A DNA stretch of 64,000 nucleotides, taken from contig CM022671.1 in the NCBI GenBank assembly GCA_012295275.1, positions 21,080,001 through 21,144,000 on the forward strand, in the 5' to 3' direction. The position numbers and the translations under genes are program-made. Numbering within the stretch: position 1 is the first letter of the stretch; the number at the start of each line of letters is the position of its first letter. The notes beneath the pieces are model-generated. The model had not been told where the DNA came from and ran no database searches. It worked only from the letters and a program-made list of their open reading frames with translations. The DNA comes from Chrysomallon squamiferum. Lineage: Eukaryota > Animalia > Mollusca. This document shows positions 14,597-47,408 of this stretch, in pieces.

Positions 14597-15069
14597 CGTC
14601 TTCCAACTATTGAATTGTGCATAAATTATCTCCCTTACACTGCTGAACTCGTAATCTCTGAATGAATCGTTCTTCATTACGAGGAGTTAGGAATGTTGAC
14701 AGTTATTAGCAGTACAATTAGGTTTATTGATAGATTTGTAATATTAAAGTGAAGGAATGAATGTTGAAAGATACAGTTGTTAAAAAAATAATCTTTTTTT
14801 TTCTTTTTTTTTTTTTTTTTTTTTTTTTGATATAAACTTTATTGTTTTATGTCTGCGAAGTTAATTCGAAATTTGGAGTTGAAACTAATCAAACTAATTT
14901 TATTATCACCTCAGTTTTGTGAAGAAAACAAAAAATTAGATATTCATTATATCATATAATATATAAACTTTTAATTTTTTAATTTTTTTTTTGATTATTA
15001 CACAAGGGCAGTAAATCTTAGAATGTTATTTTTCAATTATAATAAAGACAAATTTTACCAAAGTATTAC

Positions 15070-15114
<45 letters not shown>

Positions 15115-15926
15115 ATTTTTTCAAAATCTTATTTTTTTATGATGTTGAAAAATATAAAATCAAAAACAAAATATCAGAAATTATGCTGGGCTGTGAGTGA
15201 CACAAATTATCAGAGCTCTTTTTATATTTAGTATGTTTTTGATAGTAATACAGAATTAGCGATGTATCATTGATTTTCCAATGTTCCCTCTAAGCCAAGC
15301 GTCTCCACTGTCGCTATATTGGTACCGCGCATGTCATGAATATTGCCTCTAATTTTAATTAGTAATTTTGACTGTTGTGTCCGTTGTACATTTACGTTTT
15401 TTTTTTTTTTTTTTGTCAAAGCATCAAAACCTCTGTTCAGTGGATTGGAAAAACTAGAGGGAATGCTGGTTAAATCGTATCAGATTTATGACTTATAAAT
15501 AATAATTTACTGAAAAACAACCTGGTAATCCAGAATAGCGTTAATGCAAATATAATATTTTAAACTGATTTTTTTTCTCTTTTATTTAACATTTTAGAAT
15601 CGCCGCTATTCCAAGCACGACAGTTTCAAGTATTTGTTTTATCTGGTTATTACTTGTTTTAAAATGTTAACTAAATAATCAAAACCAGAAATCATTAACT
15701 CATCAGTCAGGAGAACTCTTGCCTATGTGAAATGTTTAGATTGTTTTAGAATAGAAAATAAAAAATAAACTTTTAGCAATAGCTTCTACTAGTCTAAACC
15801 TATGTTCGTTAAGTCCTATGTATATAACCACTGTTATGCCAGTTTTGTTTAGTTTTTGTATAGACAAGTAACTGATTACCTTATTTTCTCAGTATATTAT
15901 CTGTGGGGAAATTAGATCTGTTTTTC

Positions 15927-15978
<52 letters not shown>

Positions 15979-17240
15979 TCTTTTCTTTTCTTTTCTTTTT
16001 TCTTTTACTTTATTTTATTTATTAAATTTTTAAAACTTTTATTTTATTTATATATTTTTATTTATTTTATTATTTTATTTTATCTTAGTTTTGTTTTCTT
16101 TTCTTTTTAAAACATTTTTTGAATTTTATTTTATTTATATGTATTTATTTATTTATTTTCTAAGAAAAACAAATGCCCAATTTTGATTTCCCACCTTACA
16201 ACTCATTTAAATCTTCACCCTAACGGTTAACATCGATGTGTACAATTTTTTTTAGAAATCTCTATTTCCACCTTTCTTACCTATAAGAAACATACCGAGA
16301 AACACAGTTGATACTTTATCGTTGTCCACAAGCATTATGTTGTATATAGATAAGTAATTTTATATGATGAAATATGAAAATAAATATTTTTAATACATTT
16401 TTATAAAGTGTTAAAGTTTATTTTCTTTAATTTGTCTTTATATAAAAACACACACACACACAACACACACACAGACACACTGACGCGCACTGACACATTA
16501 TGCAAAAATTAAAAACATTAAAAAATACATATAGAAAGAGAAAATACAATTAATATATTAAATTCTAGGTTTTAAAAAAATATCAAAATAAAAAAAACAA
16601 AAACAAAAACAATAAAATAAAGATATCACTTCATTATACTTTCAACTGTAATGGCCATTAAATATATCAGATACATAGAATTCACTGAAAATTTGGTATT
16701 ATCCATAAATAGATTTTTAAATACATATACATACAAAATATACATAATATTAAATTAATGTATCCCAGATAATCTTTTTGTTTCATAACCAATGTATTTT
16801 TCAGAAAATGTACCATACAAACAAACAAACAAACAAATAAAAAAGCAAACAGATAAATAATAATAAAACAATACCTTTACATAAGGTCCCTGCATATGTA
16901 TAACTTCACACACTAAGATAGTGTATAATTATGTTGTATTCATATTTCTTTTTAATATTTAAATGTTCTTATTTCAGTTTAAAAAAAAAATTGCATTTAA
17001 ATAATAATAGTAATAATAATAATAATAATAATAAATTAAAAGGTTAAGGTTCGGGTAAGAGAACCACATTTATACGAGAAATTCAAATTCATTAATAGGT
17101 TTCGTTATTGTTACAGTTAATACTCACAACAAGCAGATCATGAGATTAAATATATTCAGAGAACAACAAAAAAGAAAATAAATCATACAAACCATACAAA
17201 AATTTAAAAAAAACCCACCAAATACCCCCTAAAATAAAAA

Positions 17241-17296
<56 letters not shown>

Positions 17297-18016
17297 GTAA
17301 TAATAAATAAGAAAAAAGGAGATTATTAACATAGATGCGACAAATATTCCAGTTTGAGTATTTTTCTTCTTCAGCAAATTGATGCTTGCGTTTTGAAAAT
17401 TCAAGGAAGTGACAACTCAAACGAGTGAAATAAATTAAAATATATGAGACAAAATACAGTCCTGGCAATAAAATAAATGAAATGTAAAAACAAAATTAAA
17501 AAAAATAAAAACTAACGAAAATTACCTGCACTGTACCTGGATATTAAGTACGACAATGAATAAACACAGTAAATAGTTCCAGCAAATTCAGGGATTGCGT
17601 ATTAATGTGAATGTTCCATAAATCTCAATTTTTGTTATCTGTAAACATTTTGCAAATAAAAGTGTGATTTTCATCAGAAAAACTACATTATTTTTAATCC
17701 ATTTATAATTCATTAAATTAGTTTTGTATCAGTGTAGTAGTAATATGCAGTACTTTCTAAGATATAAAAATAAGGAATAATTTGCTATATGTGCGTAATT
17801 TCATTCGCTATAATGTTAGCTCGTTAGCGATATTCGTTTCGCGTAGCTAGTTAACTGTTCGTCAGTCTAAATATGTTTACGCTCTGTCTGTATTTTTACT
17901 AACTTTTTTTAACATTCACAGAAACAGAACTAATAGCATCATTATTATTAAGAATGGAACAAAATGTATGAATAGAATCAATAAATTTTGATTGATATGA
18001 TTTTTGTTTTAAAGTG

Positions 18017-18047
<31 letters not shown>

Positions 18048-18182
18048 ATTTAAGTGGACTGTTGATTTTGTTCTGATAATTCCCTGAATTATTTCATTTT
18101 ATTATTATTATTCTTTTTTTTTCTCTCTCTCTCCCTCTCTTTTTAAATTTTTTTTCTTTAATATATATATATTTTTTAATCT

Positions 18183-32604
<14,422 letters not shown>

Positions 32605-32731
32605 TATTTTCTGTAATTTTCGTTCCCGGTACCAGTTTTAATCTGGAAAAAAAAAAGAAGAAGGAATAGAGAAATAATTTTTTTTTTATTAAGCAAGAAA
32701 GAGCGTGAGGGGCATAAGAAAGAGAGAGAGG

Positions 32732-32842
<111 letters not shown>

Positions 32843-33341
32843 AATTAATTTGATTTTTTAACAGTCAACCGACAAAAAATAGAAAATAATATATATGTAT
32901 CTATCTATCTATCTCTCTATGTATCTGTCTATCTATCTATCTGGCTATCTATCTGCCTGTCTGTTTTCTATTTATATATACAGGGGTAAAAAAAAAAATC
33001 GAACAACATGATATGGAAGTGTGCATACTGTATTTAGATTTTTTCTTTATAAAGGAAAAGGTTTAAACTTTATACATATTATCAAAACTATATAAAGCAT
33101 GATTTATATAGTCTTGAAGCGATAAACTATTTTAAAATATATTCTGTCCTTTAATAAAAAAATAAATAAATAAAAAGTATGCTCAAAGAAATAAAAAAAA
33201 AACTGAAAAAATAAATAAATAAAAAATAAAAAAAAAAAAAAAAAAAAACCACTAGAAAAAACTTAAAATAATAATAAATCAAAATAACGAAAAATGTAAA
33301 AACATAAGACTAGAGTTTTAAAAGTATCTGGGCTCCGTCAT

Positions 33342-33392
<51 letters not shown>

Positions 33393-33971
33393 TTATTTTA
33401 GATATAAGTCGCCAGAGATATACCGACTACATACTGAATTTCCTTAAGACGGCATTCAGAAACCCGGAAAGCCCCAAAGTATAGCCCGAACAAATCAAAT
33501 TCCCACAAACGACAACAGTCCCACCATCAGCCATTCTTCCAACAACAGCCGCTACGACGCAATTCAATTAAAGAATTTTTTTGTTTTAAATTATAATTTT
33601 AAATATATTTTCAAAAAAATTGTCTAGAACACCAAAAACAATTTCGCCAGTATAATATATTATTATCGATTATGATTTTAAAAATATTTCGTGTCTGGAC
33701 CAAGACCATAGAAATGAATAAATTATAGCACACTGAAATAAAATGTATTTCGAGTTACGAAATATAATATTTAACGAGAGTTTTGATGAAAAAATAAATA
33801 ATTTCAGACGTTATAAACTCAAAACAAAAAATAAAGAAAAGAAAAATTAATTAAAAAAAAATAAAGCTATAAACTAATCATGTAGTTTCCATTTCGTAAT
33901 AAAAGTATCGTACTTTGACAAACATTATTTCTTTTCTACTGAAGTAAATATCAAGACATATATATATATAC

Positions 33972-34085
<114 letters not shown>

Positions 34086-34888
34086 GTCTGTCTGCACTCG
34101 CATAGATACACAGAGCTACATATATTCGTACCTACAAACAAATCTAGATACTCAAATACCTACCTGCCTTCTTAACCAGCTACCTCTCTACCTATCTACC
34201 CATAAACAACAATGTATCCATCCATCTATATATATATAAATAAATTCATATATACGTACGTAAGTACATCCATATATATATATGTAACTGTTATGTATGT
34301 TCACGCCTTTATTTCACCATTTACCTCTGGCTAACAGATTCATGACGAATAGCACACTGACGAATTTTATAACATAAAAATAAAAATAAAATAATGAACA
34401 AGTAAGGAAAACAACAAACTAAAACCCTAACCAGTGCATGCCGTTACAACATTAACAAAGATTTACTATTCAACCAGACTGGCACGAAGGTATTTTTCGT
34501 GTTTCTTTTTTCTGCCTTTCTTTTCCCCACCCAAAAATGTAATAGAAAAACCATTCAATATACTTTTATGTTTTCCGTTTACAATGCAGGCAGCTTAATA
34601 ACGTGTAATTAGAACTCCTTCGTAAACACGGGGAAAGGTGTGTGTACAACCGAGTCGGACGTCATTACAACAGAATAATAGCATCAACTCATGTAATATT
34701 ATTTTCTATTGAATATTGCAAGCTGCTGGGAAGATAGTTGCGAGGCGATTTGACAAATATTGAATTGTGATCTTTTCTGATTTAGTTCTTAAATGAGGAT
34801 AAATTATTGTGGCGTAGAAATTGCTCTACTGGAAATTACTGCTGTACTGAATGTTGACAGAGCACAGTAAGTAGGCCCTATGTACGTT

Positions 34889-35210
34889 GATAGGTGTGTA
34901 GGTTTGTCGGTAGATAGGTGTGTAGGTTTGTCGGTAGACAGGTGTGTAGGTTTGTCGGTAGATAGGTGTGTAAGTTTGTCGGTAGATGGGAAGGTAGGTG
35001 GATAGGTGTGTAGGTTTGTCGGTAGATGGGAAGGTAGGTAGATAGGTGTGTAGGTTTGTCGGTAGATGGGAAGGTAGATAGATAGGTGTATAGGTTTGTC
35101 GGTAGATAGGTGTGTAGGTTTGTCGGTAGACAGGTGCGTAGGTTTGTCGGTAGATGGGAAGGTAGGTAGATAGGTGTGTAGGTTTGTCGGTAGACAGGTG
35201 TTTAGGTTTG
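34889..35210. repeat. Minisatellite with a 24-bp unit ATAGGTGTGTAGGTTTGTCGGTAG and 36-bp variants (+ATGGGAAGGTAG)
   Basis: About 11 directly visible tandem copies. Confidence 0.9.
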
Positions 35211-36149
35211 AATAAAAATATTAATACAGGTGGATAGGTGGATAGGCTTTTTTTTTATTTAGGTGAATTTAGGATTTTATATATTTTTAGGTATGAATAA
35301 AAAATATTAATACACACTATGGGGATTTTTATTTATTTATTTTTTAATATTTGTATTTGTTTATTTATTTTAACAAATATTAGAATATAGTATTACTGAC
35401 TGAAATAATATTGGTATTCGGACGGGTTGCTGGGTAGGTAGGTGATTGGTATTTATGTATGAATTAAAACAAAACTAATGCAAAGAACTTAAAATAAAAT
35501 AAAAATTCTTTGCAAAAGCAGTAATGTTTATTTATTTCTATATTTTTTTTACAACTGCAACAATTTTTTTTTGATTTACATTGAAGGTGTAACTAATTTA
35601 TTCATTAAAGTATTACCTACCAGACACTAAATTAAAGGTGTATGTTCTGTTCACGAACACCTGTCAATAACCTAACAAATGTACATATATATAATGAAGG
35701 TAAGCAGATCTTTTTGATGAAATAAAACAACAGAAAAAATAAAATGACAAAAAATATTAAAAAAATAAATAAACGCAGACTGTTATGAAACATTTCATTA
35801 ATATTACTGTTGTTGTTGTTATGTTGTTGTTGCTGTTGTTATTTTGTAGTTTTGATATTTTTGTTGCTGTTGTCATGTTGTAGTGTGGACGCTATTTCTT
35901 TTTTTTTAAATATAGTCCTAAATAGGTTAATTTCCTGTTTGCAGTCTTTTGTATTCAAATTTACGGCAATAACTGTCAACAGGCAAACAGAGAGACATCC
36001 AGACATACATACACACACAATGTATGGTAATCGCCAAATAAAAAAACAAAAATCATTTTTATTTGTTACACTGTCAAGCTGTTAGTACGCTAGATACAAT
36101 TCTTTCTGATAGGTAGTGATTTTTTTTCAGATATACAAAATATTTGTCT

Positions 36150-39500
<3,351 letters not shown>

Positions 39501-39619
39501 TTTCGGTGGACATTGAGCAAACATGTATTTACCGGTGTAGAATGATGGTTTGACATCTTTCTTTCTTTCTTTCTTTCTTTCGTGCATTCATTCATTCATT
39601 CATTCTTTCTTTCTTTCTT

Positions 39620-40100
39620 TCTCTGTTGATTCCCATCAAACTGAGGATGGACTCTTTGCCATGTCGATGAAACGACTTGTTATTCAGAGCTATTGACTGG
39701 TTCCGCACAGACTGTTGTTGAGTATTGGTGATGTGGATAGGAGTTGTTTTCTGCGTGCTGTTACCGGTTGGACAAAGAATGTGTTTAACAGGTTTCTCCT
39801 GTATGGGTGTAATGTAAGCAGTCTGATGGGTGACTTCGTTTAATTCTCTTTAGATTATGGTTCAGGATGCTACGATCTGTATACGTAGACGAAATATTTG
39901 GTTTGTTGATGTCTGTTGATGGCGGTGATGAGTAATTTTTGTCTGGTTTTGACGTATATTCGAGTTATATGTGCGTACAGTGTGTACTTCTTGTGGACCA
40001 CTTTTCTAACCATGCATCTATTTGTATGATAGATCATACGTGTGTTATTGGCTGCTGCTACATGAACGCTTTTGTGAGGTGGTCGGCTTTTTTCAACAAA
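39620..40100 (-). mobile_element. Possible decayed LINE fragment between the two duplicate copies
   Basis: Less AT-rich block absent from the aligned copy-2 region. The minus strand contains VRT..LEYTS, similar to the RT C-terminal 'IRPxLEY' motif. No intact ORF. Confidence 0.3.
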
Positions 40101-40428
40101 TTAATGAAATTAATGGAACAGAAATTCAAGTTTAATGTCTTGTAATGAATTGTTAATTGGAAAAAAGTCTTGTTATGAATAATGTCATTATCTTATGTTA
40201 AGAACGGGTCTTGTAACGGTAAATTTTTTTTTTTTAAAAATTTCGGAACAATATGATTTTTAATGTTTGGTTAATGGAACAGAAATCGGTTATGTAATTG
40301 TTTTATTAAACACTTTTTTAATTATAATTTTAAATACACGGTTTTAAATACGGAACAATTTGATTTTAATGTTTTCAACCATTATTAACTCTTACTACTA
40401 CTAATTATAATTTTAACTACATTTTTAT

Positions 40429-40482
<54 letters not shown>

Positions 40483-40559
40483 TAAGAGAGAGAGAGAGGG
40501 GAAAGAGAGAGAGCATTCAGAAGATCAAATAATAATATTACGAAAATAAATAATACATA

Positions 40560-41958
40560 AAAATAACAGATATCATTAATAGACATCAGATTTGTCAACG
40601 AGAAAACATAACATAAAAATTCTATTTAATTTACTTCTGTAATATACTGAACATGTGAAAACTCAGTATTTATTTGGACGCGAAGAGAAAAACACCCATT
40701 GAATCGCATGCTGATAAATGTTTACTTTTTTCATCCCCCGAAAATATCCTGTCATGGTATGATTTTAAACGAAGGAAATTACTGTTATTAGTTTACAAAC
40801 TGGCAATAAATCTTAATATACGAAATCAATATACATGTGTGTGAATGAGTATACGTATGTGTGTGTATGTAAGTGGAAGTTTTTGTGTGTATATTGGAAT
40901 GCGCTTTGTAAAATCAAAATAAAACAATGTAAAGAAGACGGAAAAACTCACCTGTGATCGCTAAACCAGTCAGATTCTTCAGATATTATATTATTAACTC
41001 AGTTTCAGAAGTTTTTCTTTCTCTGCCTTATGCAGTCATGATTTTGTAAATTCTTAAATCAAGCGTCCAAACAACGCGTTGGTGTTGTATTTTAAACAAT
41101 GAAGTGAGTTTTCTCTCAGTGTTTTGTTTACCTATTTATCTTTCTTCAATTCGAGAAAAACTGAAAGAAACGATAGATACAATCTGTTTTGACGTTTTTT
41201 CTAATCCGTTTTTTGAAAGCATTAAAAACTCTATTTATCTTTGTCTCACGATATGTTTGTTATCTACCAACGTAAAGTAGGAGGAAAGATTCTTGTTACG
41301 CATGCGCAATTATATATTACCCCAAACCGTCTAGCGTATAAATAACGCGACAAAGAATACGAGTGTCAAACAGAATAAACAAAACCATCAAATGGCGAAG
41401 TTGTTAAAATACATAAAAGAATCCACGTAAAGAGAATATTTATTTACTTTGTGCTGGCAACAGTCGATTATTGTTAACCATTGATTTCGTATCGAGAATC
41501 AGCTTCACGGCTTTATTAAGTTTTCGTTTTCTTTCACTAAACGAACCCATTGCTATAAGGCTAGGTAAATACATTCTAACACTTTTATTATTAAATATGA
41601 CTTAGCGTGGTCAATTAATATACCTCGTTCTTTGTCACAGTCCATTGTCCGGCCGTTTCTAATGGAATTATGAAGTACTCATAGAAAAGATATAAAAATC
41701 TTAATGTGTACCTAACGCGTAATTAAACTAATTTTCACACATACGTCAGTCTGGTGATTTTCTGTTCAATTTAAAGTGAGAAATATAATGTATTGAGATG
41801 TCATACAATATAACAGATATCTAACACCACTGGTATCACGCCACCCACTTAGGAAATATGACCAGCTTGATTCGAGAAGTTTACCCAAACACGAGCACAA
41901 AACAGATATAGAGAGTGAGTGTGAGAAACAAAAGAGATATAAAGAAAGAGAAAGAGAC

Positions 41959-42056
<98 letters not shown>

Positions 42057-42681
42057 TATATAATTATGAACGTGCGTGTGCCATTGTGTTTGTCTTTTTA
42101 CATACATGCAAGCATATATACATAGATACATAATGCATACATTTATATATACATGAATGCACTTAGCCTCACAATATGCACTTAGGGGCCCAATATGCAG
42201 CTCGACTGAAACACACTGCATCGGGCAATTCTCACCTTCGCAGGATAAAGCTGATATCTTAAGACAGTAACCAGTATTTTCTCGAATCCTAAAATTGTAA
42301 ATGATAAAAAAAAAACAGAAACTAAATGAAAATAACTTGTTATTTGTCAATTGACAGTTCTCGACCGTACTAAATTTAAACCTATTTATTTTTTGACACC
42401 ACCAAAGACTCTAATTATACTAAAACAAAAGAGTTCTTAAATAGCAACAATTCATTTGTTATTTTAAAAACTAAAACCGTTTTAAAAACCAGAAAATAAA
42501 AAGCAAAGAAATAAGTTGTTCATAAAATTCGTAAATATGTAAATAAATAACATATCGTTCCAAAAAACATATATTTTTAGTTAGTGCCCAATGCGTGCAG
42601 TGGTTCCAAATTAAACAAAACACACACACAAAAACACACACACACACACACACACACGAGAAAGACAGAGAACGTGGTGGT

Positions 42682-42720
<39 letters not shown>

Positions 42721-43780
42721 TAAGTATTTTCGTTAATTTTTAAAACCTGTAAAGTGGGTTTTTTATGTGATATATATTTTATGTATCTGCTTTCCATTGT
42801 TCACCTGAGATTTAGTAATACATCTTACTATTGTATACATGCCATTTTATTTATAAAATGTTGTTATAATACAATCTCTAGTTTATTTATGATTATTTTA
42901 TAACGCCTACTTAAAATGAAAACAAAATCAGAAAACAAAGAGATAAATAAACAACAATAAACTCGATTAATCTTGTTTTCTTCCCTGTATTTCTCTCTCT
43001 CTCTCTCTCTCTCTTATGATGTCTGCATGTCTGTCTGCCTCTGTGTATGTATGTATCTATGTATATATGGGCGTATGCGTGTATATGTTTGTTTTTCAAC
43101 ACGGTTTAGAAAAGCCTTCGAAAACAATTTGTAATCACCATGTGATTTACTTATTTATTTATTTATTTATTTATATACACATATTTTTTGTTTGTTTGTT
43201 TGACTCTTTTTTTTCTATCACCACTCTAAGGATTAGGTAATTTAAAAATAAATGTATTCGTAAATTCACTTTAATAAATAAATAAAATCGACCTTTTTTT
43301 TTTTTTTTTTTTTTCGGACAACCGAAAAAATTACAGACTATCATATTTTAAACCATGAATAACAAACAGCAACAGATAGCAATGACTATACACATTGTAC
43401 TGATTTAAAGCATTCTATCTTGTACATATATCATGCGATCGTATTATGTACATAAATTAGATGGTGTACTGATTTGTTACACCCATCTACGCGAAATATT
43501 TGCTCTCTTCACATTAATAACACAACAGAACACTCCGGCTTAATATGAACTACTTAAAGATTAAATAAAAGTTCGAGATGTTATTTCAGTTTTATGTTAG
43601 TATATAAACTATGAAACACTGAGCAAATATACTGAATTTAGTACATAAAGAAGTGTTGTGTTAATTTAATTTTCACTTTAGCTCGAATGTTGTGTATGTT
43701 ACTCTATTTGCGTAGCTTAAAATACTTTCCAGAAGTTTCGTAATTTTATACGGTGATGTTGAAATGTACGCTTGTTGTAG
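40560..43780. repeat. Tandem segmental duplication, copy 2 (conserved core about 40940-41750)
   Basis: Same orientation as copy 1, offset about 4.3 kb. The core is near-identical while the flanks are much more diverged. Confidence 0.85.
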
Positions 43781-44222
43781 TTTCTTTTGTGAATAAAAAA
43801 AATATACGTTTTCTTTTGTTACATGTATAAATATATTGCTTGAAATCACATTGTTAAGAGTAAATACTGGAAAATAATCTGTTACTATTTATTTCATTGA
43901 CATTTATAATATATTTTTCTTCTTCAACAACATTATTATAGTAGCAGTAGTAGTAGTAGTAGTAGAGTAGCAGCATTAGTAGTAGCGGTTGTAGTAGTAG
44001 TAGTAGTTGTTGTTGTTGCAGTGGTGGTGTTGATAGTAGTATTTCAATTTTACGGAGAAGGGGAGGTAAGGAAGAAAGAAGATATGGTTTGTAAAATTAA
44101 GAGTTATCTCTTGCAATCTTTTTTTTTTTTTTTTTTCCAACGCCTTTCTTTGTATAAAGGGAGATAGGACCGACTTCGTTTCTAAGAATAATAACGACGT
44201 GTAACGATGTATAACGATGTAC

Positions 44223-44268
44223 TCGTGACGTCATCATGTATGTAGTAATGTACACTATGACGTCACGA
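44223..44268. promoter_or_regulatory. Paired full CRE palindromes (TGACGTCA x2) forming a 12-bp inverted repeat
   Basis: TCGTGACGTCAT (44223-34) and ATGACGTCACGA (44257-68) are exact reverse complements with a 22-nt spacer. Confidence 0.5.
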
Positions 44269-44724
44269 CTCCTGCTACGAAGGTATTCAGATGTTCTGTA
44301 AAAGTAAAATTTTATTGTCAAACATTGTTATATTGATGAAAACAATAAAATAATAACTTGGAACTAAAAAGAAATATATTAGATCATTTATTCGCACTAC
44401 GAGAGTTACACTATTACCACAGTTAACAGTATCCTTGATTTTGTGTGAATCTGTATGACTGGCTGATTGTCTCTCTGTGTGTGTGTTCGTCTGATGAGAT
44501 TCCGTCCACAGATAATATTCAGGAACACACGGGGACCAGAAGATAAAGTCAGTCACGACATCAAAACTGGAATATAAATTATTGCTGGTTAATTATTTAT
44601 TTATTTATTTATTTATTTGAAGTATTTTACTTTTATTCATAAGTCAAAAATGAATTTATTACACGTTTTTAATTGTGAAGATTGCTGTTTCACTTAATAT
44701 TAAAGAAGATATTTAATTATTTAG

Positions 44725-44811
<87 letters not shown>

Positions 44812-46838
44812 CTCATAAACACACACATATACACACCCACATATTTATAGTAACAAACATACATATATGCGTTTACATACAGCAGTCTGTTTAAAAATGT
44901 TTAGATAAATTTATTAACTCTTTCATTCATTCTCCTGTCGGTGTAACTGTCAACCTATATACAAATATTTCTTTTCTGCAAATCAAAGACGTCACTGCTC
45001 CGGGGGTAAATAAAATTAATCAAAAGGTGAGATCATCAAAATAAATTAACTAGATGAAAAAGAACTTATTATAACCCAGTTTTTTTTTTTTCGGAACGAA
45101 AAAGAGTCAATTCGCGATACGAAATAAATGATCTATTCAGAACAATATTCGAAGAATGGGAACATTATAAACACATTTCGTCATTAAGTGTGAGACGAGT
45201 ATGTTGTTAATCCTTGCGTTTTATGTATAGACAGGTGTGTTTGCCGCTCTTTGCGGTCTTTGTGTCTCTACGACGTTTGTTGCGTTTACGTGCCCAGTCG
45301 GTTCACAGATTTTTACTCCTTGCCTTTATTACCAAAATCGGCACTGAATATTTTCTATATTACGGTCAAAAGAGTATTATTCTAGAGACACTCGGCAAAT
45401 TGAAAACACAAATTGTAAGCCGGAACGTACATACTGCGTGGAATATATTAAATTTTACATATAGAATGTAGTAGTATGTAACGGACCGCCAGAATTTCCA
45501 CAGCGAGATGAAACAGACAGATATCGGAACGATCAGTTTTGCAGAATTAATTAAATTTACTGATAGGGCTATTGATTAGATTCATATTGCTGATAGGGCT
45601 ATTGATTAGATTCATATTACTACTACTACTACTACTTCTACTACTACTACTACTACTACTATTATTATTATTATTATTATTAATAGTAGTAGTATTGGTA
45701 GTTGTAATAGTAGTACTAGTAGTAGTAATAGTACTAGTTGTATGAGTGGGATAAACAGTAGCAGCAGCAGCAGTAGTAGTAGTAGTAGTAGTAGTTGTAG
45801 TTGTAGTAATACCAACGGCAGCATTAGCAATACCGGCAGCAGCAGTAGTGAAAGTAATAGTAACAGACATAGTAGTATAATCATTTGTTTGTTTGTTTGT
45901 TTGTTTGTTATGTTATATTATGTTATGTTATGTTATGTTACTTTATGTTATTTATTTGTTATGAAGTCTTAGTTCTCTGAATTTCTTTCTATAGATTACA
46001 ATACTTCTTAATATGTGTCATTGATTTAATTTACTTCGATATTTATGGTTTTTCTATAATTAAAAAAAAAAAAAAAAAATAAATAAAAAATAAATAAATA
46101 AATAAAAATAAATAAATAAATATCATTTCTAAGAATCTAAGTTGATTAACAATACTTTCGTGTAAATGACGTTGCCATGATGTTCAAAAATTTGAATAAA
46201 ATTAATACTTAATAAATGAATTATTTCATTTTTTTTTTTTTAGACATCTGACATAACAAGGCAGAATAAAACAAAAATTATAAGAAAATTAAGTAGGTGA
46301 ATGAAATTTGGTAATAAAGACTCGAAAATGAATGACACTGAAATAACTTATGAAACATTGCTAGAGATCGGTCTGTGGTAGGCGAATGGAAACTAACACA
46401 CAAACACTTTTCTATTATTATTTCTTTTCTTTTCTTTTTTTTTTCTCCATTTTTTTCCTTCATTGTTTGATTCTTGAGCTTCAGTAATAATATTAGTTGT
46501 ACGGAAATAAATATTTTCTTCGTCTTCTTTTTTCTTTTTCTTTTTGGTTTAATATTGCCCTTGTAACACATAAAAAATTGCGTTTATGCAATAACAATAT
46601 TTTTTTTATTCTATTTTTATTTTTTCCATATTCTTATTCGGTAAACAAAACGTTATTAAAATTACATAAATTTTGTGGACTGCAATAAAATAAGTATAAA
46701 AATTTAAGAGTGTGGTAAATTCTTTAAACATAATGTTATTTCATGCAAACATTATACATTTTACTGCTGGAGATGTTATAAAATAACTTGTTGATAAATA
46801 ACTAGTGTACTGTTTTTATTTAATAATCTGGAATTTAA

Positions 46839-46881
<43 letters not shown>

Positions 46882-47014
46882 GAATACGATTTTGCGTATG
46901 TTCGTTTGTACGTATTTATGTAATGTATGTATATATATGCTAGTATGTATGTATGTATGTATGTGTAAACATAATAATAATAATAATAAACTAAAGAGAA
47001 AAAACAAAAAACAG

Positions 47015-47046
<32 letters not shown>

Positions 47047-47297
47047 TGTATGTATGTATGTATGTGCATGTGTGTATCCGAGTGTGTCTTTATATAATTA
47101 TGTAGACAGACTGAAAGAGAAACAGATAAACTGACTGATATAATGAATAGATGGATGGATGAACATTCAGATAAATGAATAGATAGACAGATGGACGGAC
47201 ACATACACAGATAGATAGGTCGATAGACAGGCAGACAGACAGACAGACAGACAGACAGATAGATAGTTAGACGTCACACGGAAGGCGTTACACTACG

Positions 47298-47408
47298 TAT
47301 ATAGCTGTTCTCAATGCAATGCCCGCTCTCAGAAGTATGAAACTATTGCGTACTCGTTGAAACTGTGTTGTAACGTTCCCGCTATTTGAAACAGTAACAG
47401 TATTTGGG
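47298..47408 (+). promoter_or_regulatory. Candidate TATA and non-coding first exon of cadherin B
   Basis: TATATAG at 47298 and a strong donor GG|GTAAGT at 47409. The ATG exon of cadherin B begins with an acceptor (ttttttcag, exon start 50961), so an upstream exon is required. Confidence 0.4.

Noticed and set aside
34889-35210. Repeat array superficially like CRISPR
   Set aside because: No unique spacers, eukaryotic context and no cas genes; it is a plain minisatellite.
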